Shown piece by piece: positions 10,144 through 21,612 of a stretch of DNA of 56,940 nt. The stretch lies in the NCBI GenBank assembly GCA_019358935.1, contig JAHHIK010000052.1, forward strand, positions 1 to 56,940, in the 5' to 3' direction. Position 1 is the first letter of the stretch; each line of letters begins with the position of its first letter. The notes beneath the pieces were generated by a model, which was not told where the DNA came from, ran no database searches, and worked only from the letters and a program-made list of their open reading frames with translations. This stretch comes from Tolypothrix carrinoi HA7290-LM1 (GTDB lineage: Bacteria; Cyanobacteriota; Cyanobacteriia; Cyanobacteriales; Nostocaceae). Position numbers and translations under genes: made by a program.

Positions 10144-10656
10144 CTATATACCAAACTCTTTTTTAAGTTCAACTACCCAGGCTTTGATACGTTTGTCAGT
10201 CAAGTCAGATTGGTTATCTTCATCAAGAGCCAAACCTAAAAATTTCCCGTTTCTCAATGCTTTCGATTCATTGAAGTCATAGCCATCTGTAGACCAATAT
10301 CCAACTGTAGTGCCGCCGCGTTCGGTAATTTTATCTGACAAAATGCCGATTGCATCTTGAAAGTTGTCAGGATAACCCCTTTGGTCGCCTGTTCCAAAAT
10401 ATGCAACCTTTTTGCCACTGAAATCAATATCATCTAGCTCGGAAAAATAGCCTTCCCAATCGCTTTGCAGTTCGCCAACATCCCAGGTAGGACAGCCAAT
10501 AATTAGATATTGATAGTCTGCAAAATCATTATCTTCTACGTCTGCAATATTATGCAATGTTACTACATCTTCACCACCAAATTCTTTCTGAATTGTCTCG
10601 GCTACAGACTCAGTTTTACCTGTTGTAGTTCCGAAAAATAAACCAATTTTTGACAT
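10144..10656 (-). CDS. isiB: Flavodoxin
   Basis: GLFFGTTTGKTE, GCPTWDVGEL, FGTGDQ, GLALDEDNQ. Confidence 0.97.
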   Translation of the reverse strand: MSKIGLFFGTTTGKTESVAETIQKEFGGEDVVTLHNIADVEDNDFADYQYLIIGCPTWDVGELQSDWEGYFSELDDIDFSGKKVAYFGTGDQRGYPDNFQDAIGILSDKITERGGTTVGYWSTDGYDFNESKALRNGKFLGLALDEDNQSDLTDKRIKAWVVELKKEFGI

Positions 10657-10745
10657 AATTTTCTCCGATTCAATGTGTTAATTAAAATTTGTAGAGACGT
10701 AGCATATTACGTCTCTACCTGACTGCATACTAAGTCTCTACATGA

Positions 10746-12269
10746 CTAAAGCGAGTTAATAGCGATCGCACTAAACACATCAAGACCACTCAACAGCAGA
10801 TAAGCGAAGATTGCTCCACCAATCCCACCGATCAAAAAGCCCTCAGTAAATTCACTCCATCTTTCAGTAGAATTGACACTCTGGGGCACGCGGGGAACGG
10901 TTGCTACTGAAGCTGGTCGTGGATACATTTCTTGCTGTCTTTCAAAAGTGGTAGTGCCATAAATCGAAAAACCAATTGTCAGAATGAGAATCAAACTGCC
11001 TGCCGCTAGTAAACCAACCAAGCTAGCTGCATTACTATTGCGTAATAAACCTAATGAACCTAATGTGGCAAATGGACCAACCAACCAGTAACCATGAGCC
11101 ATACCAATTTCCAATCCCCGTGAGAGAGGAGAAATACCAGGGCGGTAAATTGGTAAGTATTTGAGAAACTTCAGCGTCAAATCAGAAGAGTTAACTACGG
11201 TTGCGAGATTACCCGTTTGGCGATTCACCCGTGGCGGTTGAACCATGTCACCATTTTTGAAATCAAATCCGGCTTCAATTGCACGGGCGCGGAGGGCGTG
11301 CCAAATGTGACCTAACAAAAATATTAACGCCAAGACAAAATGGAAAGTTACCAACCAACCACGGCTGGAAACTATACCAGCATCCGTTTCTATAGCTTTA
11401 ATCGGACCATAGAAAACTTCAGGATAGACGGTGTTATTGACCGACGCAAAGTATGCCGCCAAAAAGCCCATGTATGCTACAGCACCAATGCTGTAAGACA
11501 GATACGCTTCTCCTGAGTAAATCAAAATTCGGCGTGCCCAGCCAAACGGCTTAGTCAAAATGTGGAAAATACCACCGCCAATTAACATCAAACCAACCCA
11601 GATGTGACCGCCGACAACATCTTCTAAGTTATCAACAGCTGCCATTCCCTCTGGTCCCCAAGCCCCAAACAGATAGCCAAAGATGCGGAATGGGTTGAGC
11701 GTTGGATGATTGATTACCCTTACGTTTCCACCCCCAGCTACCCAAGGGTCAAACAGTCCACCCCAAAACATCGCCTTGGCAACCAAAGCCAAAGCACCTA
11801 AACCTAAAAGCGTTAGGTGAATGCCTAGGATTGTTGTCATCTTGTCTTTGTCTTTCCAGTCGTAGCCAAAAAAGCCAGCCCAAGTAGGATTGTCTTCTAA
11901 TACCTCTGGTCCTAGCAGGGAGTGGTAAATACCACCGGCTGCCAGAATAACTGAAGGGATAAGATGCAAGACGCTGATTACGAAGTAGGGATAGATGCTA
12001 ATGACTTGCCCACCAGCACCAACACCAAAACCAAGAGTCGCTAGATGAGGCAGCAGAATTAATCCTTGCTCATACATTGGCTGACTAGGATTAAAGCGTG
12101 ACAACTCAAACAGCGTCATCCCCCCAGCCCATAACAAAATCAATGCAGAATGGGCAACATGAGCGCCTAGTAATTTGCCCGATAGATTGGTGAGACGAAA
12201 GTTACCAGCCCACCAGCCAACATCAGGTATTTGTTGCTTGTAGGGGCTATCTTCAATTACTGCTGTCAT
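10746..12269 (-). CDS. IsiA/CP43-like chlorophyll-binding protein fused to a C-terminal PsaL-like domain
   Basis: [26 protein letters not shown], then PsaL motifs [33 protein letters not shown]. Confidence 0.93.
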   Translation of the reverse strand: MTAVIEDSPYKQQIPDVGWWAGNFRLTNLSGKLLGAHVAHSALILLWAGGMTLFELSRFNPSQPMYEQGLILLPHLATLGFGVGAGGQVISIYPYFVISVLHLIPSVILAAGGIYHSLLGPEVLEDNPTWAGFFGYDWKDKDKMTTILGIHLTLLGLGALALVAKAMFWGGLFDPWVAGGGNVRVINHPTLNPFRIFGYLFGAWGPEGMAAVDNLEDVVGGHIWVGLMLIGGGIFHILTKPFGWARRILIYSGEAYLSYSIGAVAYMGFLAAYFASVNNTVYPEVFYGPIKAIETDAGIVSSRGWLVTFHFVLALIFLLGHIWHALRARAIEAGFDFKNGDMVQPPRVNRQTGNLATVVNSSDLTLKFLKYLPIYRPGISPLSRGLEIGMAHGYWLVGPFATLGSLGLLRNSNAASLVGLLAAGSLILILTIGFSIYGTTTFERQQEMYPRPASVATVPRVPQSVNSTERWSEFTEGFLIGGIGGAIFAYLLLSGLDVFSAIAINSL

Positions 12270-12351
12270 TTAGTCAACTCCTTGAGAATATTTGGCAATT
12301 TTTCCGGAATCATATTTGAGATATTTGCTAATTGTTAGCATTAAATTAACT

Positions 12352-13413
12352 TCAGCTAATCGGTTGGGGAATAACTGCCTCCTGACTCACCCTACCTTTG
12401 CGAAAATCAAACCCACGCGCCCGTAAAGCGTGCCAGATATGACCTTGGAGAGAGAAGAAGGCTAGCCAGAAGTGAGCATTGGCTAACCAAGTCCGGGAAG
12501 TTACCAAATCGGGGTCAAGTGATGAAAAGTACGGCACGATATTCTGCCTAACCACAAGCGCTGGACCATAAAAAACTTCCGGATAAACAGTGGTATTTAC
12601 CGATACGAAGAGAGTTGCGATAAAGCCCATCAGTGCTAAAGCGCCCAGACTGTAGGAAAGATAAGCTTCTCCAGACCAAACAAATAGTGGATGCGTCCAA
12701 GTAAAGGGTTTGGTGACAATGTGGAAAAGTCCACCCGCGACTAACATACTACCAACCCAAATGTGACCGCCAACCACGTCTTCTAGGTTGTCAACGCCAG
12801 CAATCCAGAATTTATTAATTGCGCCAAATAGATAGCCAAAGATGACAGCTGGGTTTAATGTCGGATTTGTAATTACCCGCACATTCTCAATGTTGGGGTC
12901 ATACAAACCACCAAAGTACATTGCTTTGGCGACTAACAAGAATGCACCACAACCCAGTAAAACCAGGTGAATACCAAGGATTGTCGTCATTTTGCCCGTA
13001 TCTGCCCAATCGTAGCCGAAGAAAGGAACTTTGCCTTCCAATTTTTCCGGACCGCGCAGGGAATGAAAGATTCCTCCAAAGCCCAGAAAGGCTGAGGAAA
13101 TCAAATGCAAAGCTCCAATGACGAAATACGGATAAGTATCCACAACTGCACCAAGAGCGCCTACACCCCAACCCTGAGTAGCTAGGTGAGGTAGCAAAAT
13201 TAAGCCTTGCTCGTACATTGGTTTTGCTGGATTAAAATGGGCTAGCTCAAATAAAGTCATAGCTCCAGCCCAGAAGACAATTAAACCAGAATGAGCAACG
13301 TGAGCGCCCAGTAGTTTTCCCGATAAGTTGGTGAGTCTGGCGTTACCAGCCCACCAAGGCGAGTCGGCGAGGTCTTGCTCCACCGACAACGGACTTCTAG
13401 AAATTGCTGTCAT
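12352..13413 (-). CDS. IsiA/Pcb-family iron-stress chlorophyll-binding protein
   Basis: [46 protein letters not shown]; lacks the CP43 large loop. Confidence 0.93.
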   Translation of the reverse strand: MTAISRSPLSVEQDLADSPWWAGNARLTNLSGKLLGAHVAHSGLIVFWAGAMTLFELAHFNPAKPMYEQGLILLPHLATQGWGVGALGAVVDTYPYFVIGALHLISSAFLGFGGIFHSLRGPEKLEGKVPFFGYDWADTGKMTTILGIHLVLLGCGAFLLVAKAMYFGGLYDPNIENVRVITNPTLNPAVIFGYLFGAINKFWIAGVDNLEDVVGGHIWVGSMLVAGGLFHIVTKPFTWTHPLFVWSGEAYLSYSLGALALMGFIATLFVSVNTTVYPEVFYGPALVVRQNIVPYFSSLDPDLVTSRTWLANAHFWLAFFSLQGHIWHALRARGFDFRKGRVSQEAVIPQPIS

Positions 13414-13426
13414 TTTTACCTATGCT

Positions 13427-13449
13427 TTGTTGATAATATTGTTCAACAA
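13427..13449. promoter_or_regulatory. Possible Fur-type operator just upstream of the isi operon
   Basis: Imperfect palindrome TTGT-TGATAAT-A-TTGTTCA-ACAA (7-1-7-like) 14 bp before the start codon. Confidence 0.4.
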
Positions 13450-13518
13450 CTTTAGAAACGAGCTTACACGAAAATTTCAGTTAATGCAACAATATGTCAT
13501 TAAATCTTTTGAGGAAGA

Positions 13519-13798
13519 TGACCAAAGCCCCTTCGGGGCGGGTGTGGGGGAGCCACTGCGGTGGACGGGTTTCCACAGCAGTAAGCAAGTGGCGTTGTGG
13601 GGTGTGGGGTGTAGGGGCGGTGACGTTGCCCCTTTATACCCGGTACAATCCCAAGCCTTTAGGGAGAAGAAATAAAAAAATGTATTTCGCGGGCGGCAAA
13701 GCACAAGAAATACGATGTCCTTACTTGAAACTCCGCGCCTTTAAAGGAGGAGTCCCTACACCCCACACCCTACCCCCTACACCCTATTCATAAGTGAC
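13519..13798 (+). mobile_element. Non-autonomous MITE-like element flanked by TGAC direct repeats, with a nested small repeat
   Basis: TGAC-CAAAGCCCC..GGGGCGGGTGTGGGG ... CCCTACACCC-TGAC; internal homology to ~30999-31223 (reverse strand). Confidence 0.65.
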
Positions 13799-14154
13799 GA
13801 CTTAGCCAAGGCTGGGAAGTTTCCGCTCTCTACGGCTTGACCTTGAAAATAGGGCTGCATGGGAGGCAGTCGCTTGGGCGAACTGGCGTTCTTAGGGTCA
13901 AGAAAAGAAAAATTGTCATCCAACGCTTGTAGGCGATCGCTCCGAAGAGCAAGATTGCACTATGAGTGGGGGACGCATAAAGTGCTTGATGTGCCTGTGC
14001 AACCTTAACAAATAGTGCCTATTTTTTTTATTTTTTATCATTTCAAGATTTAAATTTCAGACGATAATATATTTCAATTTTTATGAAAAAATAATAATAA
14101 ATATAATTGTATTTTATAAAACAATTAATCAGTAATTTGATACCAAAAACTAAA

Positions 14155-14195
14155 GTTAACTATTATTTAACAAGTACTTAAACCTTACTTAAAGT
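14155..14195 (+). promoter_or_regulatory. Pho box (SphR/PhoB site) upstream of pstS
   Basis: Four NTTAA-type units at exact 11-bp spacing: GTTAACTA 14155, TTTAACAA 14166, CTTAAACC 14177, CTTAAAGT 14188. Confidence 0.8.
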
Positions 14196-14269
14196 CTTGA
14201 TCTGTATAAAGGATGTAATTTTATTTCTGGTTGTATCTTAACAATACCATTTCCAGAATACGAGGTAAT

Positions 14270-15307
14270 ATGATTTTTTCTATCAGCTCGTTGAATCGTG
14301 CTGTTACTACTTCATTGGTAACAGCAGCTGTTGCATTTAGTCCAATTTTTGGGGCGATCGCTTCTGCTGTAACTTTAAATGGTGCGGGAGCAACTTTTCC
14401 AGCACCGCTTTATGAAAAATATGCCCGTGAAGTTACAAAAACCATCCCAGACTTAAGAATTAACTATCAAGGAATTGGTAGCGGTGGTGGTGTAAATCAA
14501 ACGATCGCCGGCACAGTTGACTTTGGTGCTTCTGATGCAGCAATGACCGATGCGGAAATATCCAAAGTCAAGCAAGGTGTCATTTTAGTACCTACCGCCG
14601 GTGGTGCAGTTTCCGTTGTTTACAACGCTCCTGGTGTCAATAGCCTGAAATTGTCTCGCGCTACACTCCCAGCAATTTTTTCTGGTCAAATTACTAAATG
14701 GAACGACCCAAAAATTAAAGCTGATAACCCAGGAGTTAATCTCCCAAATCAACCAATTAAAACTGTTGTTCGCGCTGATAGTAGCGGTACAAGTTTCATT
14801 TTAACAGACCATTTAAGCGCTATCAATCCTTATTTTAAAGGCAGAATTGGTGTTAGCAAATCGCCCAAATGGTTGACAAATAGCCTCAAAGCAAAAGGAA
14901 ATCCAGGTGTAGCTGCAATAGTAGCTCGCACTCCCGGTTCTATTGGTTATGTTGAATATCAATTCGCTAAATCAGCCAACCTGAAATCAGCAGAACTGCA
15001 AAACAAAACGGGACAATATGTTTCTCCTTCTTTACAAACTGCAAATGCAGCTTTGTCAAATGTGCAATTTCCTAGCAATTACCGCGTTTTCGTAGCAGAT
15101 CCAGCACAGGGTTATCCTATCGTGGGATTGACTTGGATTATGGTTTACAAGAGCTACAAAGACCCAGCGAAAGCGAAAGCTGTCAAAAGCTTGGTTCAGT
15201 GGATTCTCACAAAAGGTCAAGATATCAACGATGACCTTAACTATACCCGCATTCCTAGTGGTGTAGCAGGTCAAGTGATTAATACTGTTAACAGCAGTGT
15301 TAAATAG
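14270..15307 (+). CDS. pstS: Phosphate ABC transporter substrate-binding protein
   Basis: GAGATFPAPLY, GSGGG, DFGASD, RADSSGTS; GAGG RBS before ATG 14270. Confidence 0.96.
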   Translation: MIFSISSLNRAVTTSLVTAAVAFSPIFGAIASAVTLNGAGATFPAPLYEKYAREVTKTIPDLRINYQGIGSGGGVNQTIAGTVDFGASDAAMTDAEISKVKQGVILVPTAGGAVSVVYNAPGVNSLKLSRATLPAIFSGQITKWNDPKIKADNPGVNLPNQPIKTVVRADSSGTSFILTDHLSAINPYFKGRIGVSKSPKWLTNSLKAKGNPGVAAIVARTPGSIGYVEYQFAKSANLKSAELQNKTGQYVSPSLQTANAALSNVQFPSNYRVFVADPAQGYPIVGLTWIMVYKSYKDPAKAKAVKSLVQWILTKGQDINDDLNYTRIPSGVAGQVINTVNSSVK

Positions 15308-15401
15308 TTTGTAATTTGCAGATATATATCGGTAGAGAATAAACCCTCTACCGAGGAACTCAAAAAATAACATTTATGTAGTCAAGCTATATTAATTATC
15401 T

Positions 15402-16379
15402 ATGGCAAATGTATCTGAAGAAGTTCCTAATCCAGTAAATATTGACCTTGATATTACAAGTAAAAAAGGAGAAAATTTATCTATAGATGATGGGTTTATA
15501 TGGGTAGTTCGTAGCTTTGCTTTTTTGACAGTTGCCCTGCTGTTTTGGATAAGTTGGGTAATTTTTGACAAAGCTCGCCCAGCGATCGCTTTCTTTGGAT
15601 TAGGATTTTTTTGGGGCAAAGATTGGGATGTACCTAATGAAATTTTTGGTGCTTTGCCTTATATTTATGGGACAATAATCAGTAGCGCCCTTTCTTTGCT
15701 TTTCGCCGTACCGATAGGATTGGCAGTAGCTTTAGTTACAAGCGAAGATTTTCTGCCAAATTGGGTGCGATCGCCCATAGCGTTTGTTGTTGAACTCATC
15801 GCTGCCATTCCCAGCGTCATCATTGGATTGTGGGGAATTTACGTTTTAATTCCGTTCCTCACACCCTTGCAAGACTGGTTATACAATAAATTTCAATTCA
15901 TACCCCTATTTAATACTCAGTCCTCAGGTCCGAGCATGTTGATCGCAGGTATCATCTTGGCTATCATGATTTTGCCCACGATGGCGGCAATTAGTCGAGA
16001 TGTGTTGTTAGTAATTCCCCGTGAATTGCGAACCGGCTCTATGGCTTTGGGTTCCACCCGCTGGGAAACAATTTTTAGAGTATTGCTACCCTCAGGTGCT
16101 TCCGGAATCGTCGGTGCAGCGATGTTGGCTTTAGGGCGAGCTTTGGGTGAGACAATGGCTGTAACTATGGTAATTGGTAACTCTCCGGTTATCAGTTCTT
16201 CCTTACTCGACCCTGGTTACTCAATTCCTGCCGTATTAGCGAATGAATTCCCGGAAGCAGCAAGCGCGTTACATATTGGGGCTTTAACTTATTTAGCTTT
16301 GATTTTATTCGCTTTAACTTTAGCCGTGAATATTGGCGCCGTCATGTTAGTTCAGTTGCTTGGTGTGAAGGGGAAATAG
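15402..16379 (+). CDS. pstC: Phosphate ABC transporter permease
   Basis: ELIAAIPSVIIGLWG, LGRALGETMAV. Confidence 0.96.
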   Translation: MANVSEEVPNPVNIDLDITSKKGENLSIDDGFIWVVRSFAFLTVALLFWISWVIFDKARPAIAFFGLGFFWGKDWDVPNEIFGALPYIYGTIISSALSLLFAVPIGLAVALVTSEDFLPNWVRSPIAFVVELIAAIPSVIIGLWGIYVLIPFLTPLQDWLYNKFQFIPLFNTQSSGPSMLIAGIILAIMILPTMAAISRDVLLVIPRELRTGSMALGSTRWETIFRVLLPSGASGIVGAAMLALGRALGETMAVTMVIGNSPVISSSLLDPGYSIPAVLANEFPEAASALHIGALTYLALILFALTLAVNIGAVMLVQLLGVKGK

Positions 16380-16512
16380 GGAATAGGTAATGGGTAATGG
16401 GTAATGGGGAATGGGTAATGGGGACTAGGGACTGGGGACTGGGGACTGGGGACTGGGGACTGGGGAATTACCAATTACCAATTACCAATTACCAATTACC
16501 AATTACCAATGC
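16376..16512. repeat. STRR heptamer arrays (GGGTAAT/GGGGACT)n followed by complementary (CAATTAC)n
   Basis: Visible tandem heptamers in the pstC-pstA spacer. Confidence 0.9.
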
Positions 16513-16522
16513 CCAAAATCTT

Positions 16523-17398
16523 ATGACTAACTATCAAGAATCAGAAATAAATGAATCTTTAGCAAAAGAATTATGTAGTCCTTTACAAGGTAAGCGGCTA
16601 TTCTTTGACTATGGAATGACAGTTATTGCATTTGCTTTGGCAATTTTGGCGTTGATTCCTTTGCTGTCAGTTGTCTGGGAAATTCTTACAAGAGGACTTT
16701 CCGGATTAAAACCGGAAATGTTCTTTAAGGAAGTGATTGATAACGGCTTTGCTAATGCGATTGTCGGAACTTTGGTAATGGTGGCGATCGCTTCGTTAAT
16801 TAGCATTCCCTGCGGAGTAATGACTGGTATATTTTTATCAGAGTTTGGTCAAGGTTCTCAAATTGCTAGTGGTATTCGTTTTATCACCACTATTTTGACT
16901 GGCGTGCCTTCGATTGTTGTGGGAGTATTTGCTTATGGTGTGATAGTTTTGGTACAGAAACAATTTAGTGCGATCGCTGGTGGTTTTGCTTTAGCTGTTA
17001 TCATGCTGCCGATTGTCGTACTCACCACCGAAGAAGCTTTAAAACTGATTCCCGTTCCCCAACGGCTTGCCTCTGCTGCCTTGGGAGGTAATCGTCTGCA
17101 AACTACTTTTCGTGTCGTCGTTGCTGCTGCACTACCAGGTATTACCACTGGTGTTTTATTAGGTGTATCTCGCGCTGCTGGTGAAACAGCACCTTTGATT
17201 TTTACTGCTTTATTTAGTCAATATTGGTCAGAAAGTTTATCTAGTCCCACAGCTTCTTTATCGGTATTAATTTTTAACTTATACAACGACCCCTCACCAG
17301 AAAAAACAGCATTAGTTTGGACTGCTTCTATCATTTTACTCGGTATTGTATTGTTTATCAGTCTTTTATCTCGCATATTTATTCGTCGCAAAAAGTAG
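16523..17398 (+). CDS. pstA: Phosphate ABC transporter permease (ORF-track N-terminal 42 aa are translated STRR)
   Basis: GVPSIVVGVF, RAAGETAPL; realistic start MTNYQES at 16523. Confidence 0.95.
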   Translation: MTNYQESEINESLAKELCSPLQGKRLFFDYGMTVIAFALAILALIPLLSVVWEILTRGLSGLKPEMFFKEVIDNGFANAIVGTLVMVAIASLISIPCGVMTGIFLSEFGQGSQIASGIRFITTILTGVPSIVVGVFAYGVIVLVQKQFSAIAGGFALAVIMLPIVVLTTEEALKLIPVPQRLASAALGGNRLQTTFRVVVAAALPGITTGVLLGVSRAAGETAPLIFTALFSQYWSESLSSPTASLSVLIFNLYNDPSPEKTALVWTASIILLGIVLFISLLSRIFIRRKK

Positions 17399-17461
17399 AG
17401 ACGTTCCACCGGAACGTCTGTACGAGAATTATTTACGTTTTATTTCACATATTCGCCAAAA

Positions 17462-18241
17462 ATGAGTAAATTAATCCCAGCCATTAGAATCAAAAGTCTG
17501 AGCTTTTTCTACGGCACTACAAAAGCCTTGGAAGGGGTGACAATGGATATTCACCAAAATAAAGTAACTGCAATTATTGGTCCTAGTGGTTGTGGTAAAT
17601 CGACTTTTATTAAATCCCTCAACCGTATTAGTGAATTAGAAGGTCAAGTGCGGGTAGAGGGTCAAGTAGAATTTTACGGTCAGAATATTTATGAGCGTCG
17701 CGTTAATTTAAATAAATTACGTCGGCAAATTGGAATGGTGTTTCAAAAGCCGAATCTTTTTCCAATGAGTATTTACGATAATGTTGCATATGGATTGAGA
17801 ATAGCTGGATTGAATTCCAAAGCTCAATTAGATGAAATTGTCGAAAATGCCATCAAAAATGCTGCTTTGTGGGATGAAGTGAAAAATAAGCTGCATAAAT
17901 CAGCTTTGGGACTTTCTGGAGGACAACAACAGCGACTTTGCATCGCTCGTGCTTTAGCTGTCAAGCCAAAAGTTCTTTTGATGGATGAACCTTGTTCGGC
18001 TTTAGATCCAATCGCTACTATGAAAATTGAAGAACTCATCGATAGTTTGAAGGGTGAGTTGACAATTGCAATTGTCACTCACAACATGCAGCAAGCTGCT
18101 CGTGTTTCTGATTTTACAGCTTTCTTTAACACTGATGAAAGTCGCATCGGTCAAATGGTAGAATTTGGAGTCACAAGTCAAATCTTTGGTAGCGCTCTTG
18201 ATGAGCGTACCCGCGATTATGTTTCTGGACGTTTCGGTTAA
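17462..18241 (+). CDS. pstB: Phosphate ABC transporter ATPase
   Basis: [34 protein letters not shown]. Confidence 0.97.
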   Translation: MSKLIPAIRIKSLSFFYGTTKALEGVTMDIHQNKVTAIIGPSGCGKSTFIKSLNRISELEGQVRVEGQVEFYGQNIYERRVNLNKLRRQIGMVFQKPNLFPMSIYDNVAYGLRIAGLNSKAQLDEIVENAIKNAALWDEVKNKLHKSALGLSGGQQQRLCIARALAVKPKVLLMDEPCSALDPIATMKIEELIDSLKGELTIAIVTHNMQQAARVSDFTAFFNTDESRIGQMVEFGVTSQIFGSALDERTRDYVSGRFG

Positions 18242-18632
18242 AATGTTTGCTTGAATTAACTTGTAGTAAGCACGTTCAAACACTTACTATAACAAAAGCG
18301 ATCGCACTTACTTAAATACATTACTTAAACAGAAGCGATCGCCTTAGTTACGTACATCTCTATTTAGAAAAAATACTGCTTTTAATCCAAACATTTCTTT
18401 CTCTTAACCTACGTGTGAGAACTTTGAGACAAGTGTAATGAAAGCTTATCTCAAAGTTCCACGCTTTGACGAAGGGTGTATTTTATCACTTTATCGTTTC
18501 AAAAAAGCTAGGAGGAGCTTAATTTTTTACAGCTATTTTTAACTTAGATGAACCACATCGCATAGAAGAATGCAAGAGTAAGAATTCATATTTTTGGCAA
18601 ATATTATTACCACAAAACCAGGGAAAAAACAT

Positions 18633-21449
18633 ATGTCAAACGTAACACTTAAAGGCTTTGCTACGTTACCAGCCGATACATTTGCTGATAATCTCCCATC
18701 TGGTAGTACTATTACAGGTGATACCAACGGACGCACCATTCCTTTTCCCGGACAACCGATTCAAGGCTTTAGCGGAGTTCAGTTTGCTGACAAAAATACC
18801 TTCTGGTTTATGCCTGATAATGGGTATGGTGCTAAAACAAACAGTTCTGATTTCCTTTTAAGAATCTATCGCGTTGACCCGAACTTTCGAGGTATAGAAG
18901 CAGGTGACGGTAGCGTTAATGTTTTGAACTTCATTCAGCTAGCTGACCCGGATAAAAAAGCTGATTTTAAGATTGTTAACGAAAATACGACAGAACGCTT
19001 ACTTACTGGTGCAGATTTTGATATTGAATCTTTTGATTTGGCGAAAGATGGTACAATCTGGATTGGGGATGAGTTTGGACCTTATTTGTTGCACTTTGAT
19101 GCTACAGGTAAATTGTTAGATGCGCCTATTTCTACGCCTAACTTTGCTCAACTCAACACTTTAAACGGAAAAGCACCAATTGTAATCGGTCATCGCGGTG
19201 CAAGTGGCGATCGCCCAGAACATACTCTCGCTTCCTACAAATTAGCGATCGAGCGTGGTGCTGATTTTATTGAACCAGATTTGGTATCCACAAAAGACGG
19301 CGTATTAATTGCTCGTCATGAAGTCAATATTAAAGATACCACCGATGTGGCAACTCGTCCAGAGTTTAGCGATCGCTTCACAACTAAAATTATTGACGGT
19401 GTTGCCGAAAGTGGTTGGTTTGCCGACGACTTCACTTTAGCAGAAATTAAAACTCTACGAGCAATAGAGCGTCTTGCTTTCCGCGATCAATCTTACAACG
19501 GGCAATTTGAAGTTCCCACTCTTCAGGAAATCATCGATTTTGTTAAGCAAGTTGAAACAGACACAGGTAAGAAAATCGGTATCTATCCAGAAACCAAGCA
19601 TCCGACTTACCACGATTCTGTCGGACTCTCCTTAGAAGAACCGTTAGTTGATATCCTGAAGAAAAACGACTTCACCGATCCAAGTCGGGTTTTTATTCAA
19701 TCGTTTGAAGTTGGAAATCTCAAAGAACTTAACCAAAAGATTGATGTACCGTTGATTCAATTATTAGATGCAACCGATGTTGCTTTAGATGGTACACTAA
19801 TTGAGAAGCAGCCTTATGATTTTGTCGTAAGTGGCGATTCTCGCACCTATGGCGATTTGCGGACTCCCGAAGGTTTAAAGGAAGTTGCAACTTACGCTGA
19901 TGGTATTGGTCCCTGGAAGCGGATGATTGTTTCGGTGAAAGGAACTGATGCTGATGGTGATGGGAAAGCGGATGATATTAATGGTGATGGTGCAGTTAAC
20001 GATGCCGATAAAACGACTTTACCACCAACATCTTTAATTACAGATGCCCATAACGCAGGTTTATTAGTACATCCGTACACCTTCCGTAACGAAAATGTCT
20101 TCTTAGCAGCAGATTATCAAGGCAATCCGGAACTGGAGTTTCAGCAGTTTATTAAGTTAGGTGTCGATGGCTATTTTACCGACTTCCCCGGAACCGGAGA
20201 TAAAGTTAGAGATCAAATTGCTGGGGATAAAGTGCGATCGCCTAACAATCCTGATGTGCTTGCTGGTACTGCTGTCTCTAACCTAGCTGCTTCCAAAGGT
20301 TTTGAGGGTATGGCAATTAATCCCGACAAAACCAAATTATATCCTTTATTAGAGGGTTCTGTTGTTGGCGATCCGGCAAATGCGCTGCGAATTCATGAAT
20401 TTGATATCGCAAGTCAACAATTCCAAGGTTTGGTTGGATATTATAAATTGGAAGATACCGCCAATGCGATCGGCGATATGACCGTTATCAACGATAATGA
20501 ATACTTGGTGATTGAGCGCGATAACGGACAAGGTGACACCGCTAAATTCAAGAAAATCTTTAAAGTTGACTTTTCCCAAAAAGATGCAAATGGCTTTGTT
20601 GCTAAAGAAGAAGTTGCTGACCTGTTGAACATTCAAGATCCGAATGACTTGAATCAAGATGGTAGCACCAGCTTTAAATTTCCCTTCCAAACCATCGAAG
20701 ATGTGTTGGTACTCGATGAAAATACCATCTTAGTTGCCAATGATAATAATTATCCCTTCTCTGTCGGAAGACCACCGGGAATTGATAACAACGAAATCAT
20801 TCAACTACAGCTTGACAAACCACTCAATTTAGATCCGCGTGTCGGTTTAGCTGGATTGAGCTTACCAACATCGCGTCTTAATGGTGGTAATGAAGATGAT
20901 ACCTTATATGGTACTTCATCTGACGACTTATTAGATGGTGGTGAGGGTAACAATACACTTTACGGTAACGAAGGTAATAACATCTTTCTTGCTAAAGCTG
21001 GAAATGATGTAGCTTACGGTGGTGCAGGAAATGATGTCTTCTTCCTGGGTAATGGTAATAACTCTGTTTACGCTGGTGAAGGTAAAAATCGGGTTGTGAC
21101 AGGAACTGGTAATGACATTATATATGCAGGTGCGGGTGATGACACTATATCTACAGGTGCAGGTGATGATTTGATTTACGGTGGTGAAGGTAATAACATC
21201 ATATCTGCGGGAACGGGTAATGATATAGCTTATGTTGGTAGTGGAAGCGTTCGCTTTATCCTTGATGCTGGTGTAGGTGCTGTTACCATCTTCGGTTTTT
21301 CATCCAATGACCAGATTACTCGCGGAAGTGGTTTAGCAAGCAGTAATTTTACGGTTAGTGTTAGGGGGAATGATACCTTAGTTAGTGCGGGTAGCGATTT
21401 GCTTGCGACGTTGAAGTATGTGCAGTTAAGTAGCCTAAATATCGCTTAA
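18633..21449 (+). CDS. Glycerophosphodiester phosphodiesterase inserted in a phytase-like esterase domain, C-terminal RTX repeats
   Basis: QGFSG..DNGYG..FDIES..DEFGP (phytase-like, N part); [30 protein letters not shown] (GDPD); GFEGMA..ANDNNYP (C part); GGxGND repeats. Confidence 0.9.
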   Translation: MSNVTLKGFATLPADTFADNLPSGSTITGDTNGRTIPFPGQPIQGFSGVQFADKNTFWFMPDNGYGAKTNSSDFLLRIYRVDPNFRGIEAGDGSVNVLNFIQLADPDKKADFKIVNENTTERLLTGADFDIESFDLAKDGTIWIGDEFGPYLLHFDATGKLLDAPISTPNFAQLNTLNGKAPIVIGHRGASGDRPEHTLASYKLAIERGADFIEPDLVSTKDGVLIARHEVNIKDTTDVATRPEFSDRFTTKIIDGVAESGWFADDFTLAEIKTLRAIERLAFRDQSYNGQFEVPTLQEIIDFVKQVETDTGKKIGIYPETKHPTYHDSVGLSLEEPLVDILKKNDFTDPSRVFIQSFEVGNLKELNQKIDVPLIQLLDATDVALDGTLIEKQPYDFVVSGDSRTYGDLRTPEGLKEVATYADGIGPWKRMIVSVKGTDADGDGKADDINGDGAVNDADKTTLPPTSLITDAHNAGLLVHPYTFRNENVFLAADYQGNPELEFQQFIKLGVDGYFTDFPGTGDKVRDQIAGDKVRSPNNPDVLAGTAVSNLAASKGFEGMAINPDKTKLYPLLEGSVVGDPANALRIHEFDIASQQFQGLVGYYKLEDTANAIGDMTVINDNEYLVIERDNGQGDTAKFKKIFKVDFSQKDANGFVAKEEVADLLNIQDPNDLNQDGSTSFKFPFQTIEDVLVLDENTILVANDNNYPFSVGRPPGIDNNEIIQLQLDKPLNLDPRVGLAGLSLPTSRLNGGNEDDTLYGTSSDDLLDGGEGNNTLYGNEGNNIFLAKAGNDVAYGGAGNDVFFLGNGNNSVYAGEGKNRVVTGTGNDIIYAGAGDDTISTGAGDDLIYGGEGNNIISAGTGNDIAYVGSGSVRFILDAGVGAVTIFGFSSNDQITRGSGLASSNFTVSVRGNDTLVSAGSDLLATLKYVQLSSLNIA

Positions 21450-21612
21450 TTATCTCACGCAAAGGCAAGCCACCTCCGTGCGGGGGTTCCCCCCCGTTGA
21501 GGAGAGTGGCGCGCAGAGACGCAAAGAAGGAAAGGATTTTCTCCTCTCTCTGTGTTCTCTGCGTACTCTGCGGTTCGATTAAAAAATTCTTCACTTCCCC
21601 CAGAAGAAATAT

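Noticed and set aside
16397..16522. N-terminal extension of PstA
   Set aside because: Translated STRR heptamers; real start likely 16523
18305..18555. Pho box upstream of the GDPD gene
   Set aside because: TTAA-like units are present but spaced 10, 12, 13 or 20 bp, not 11
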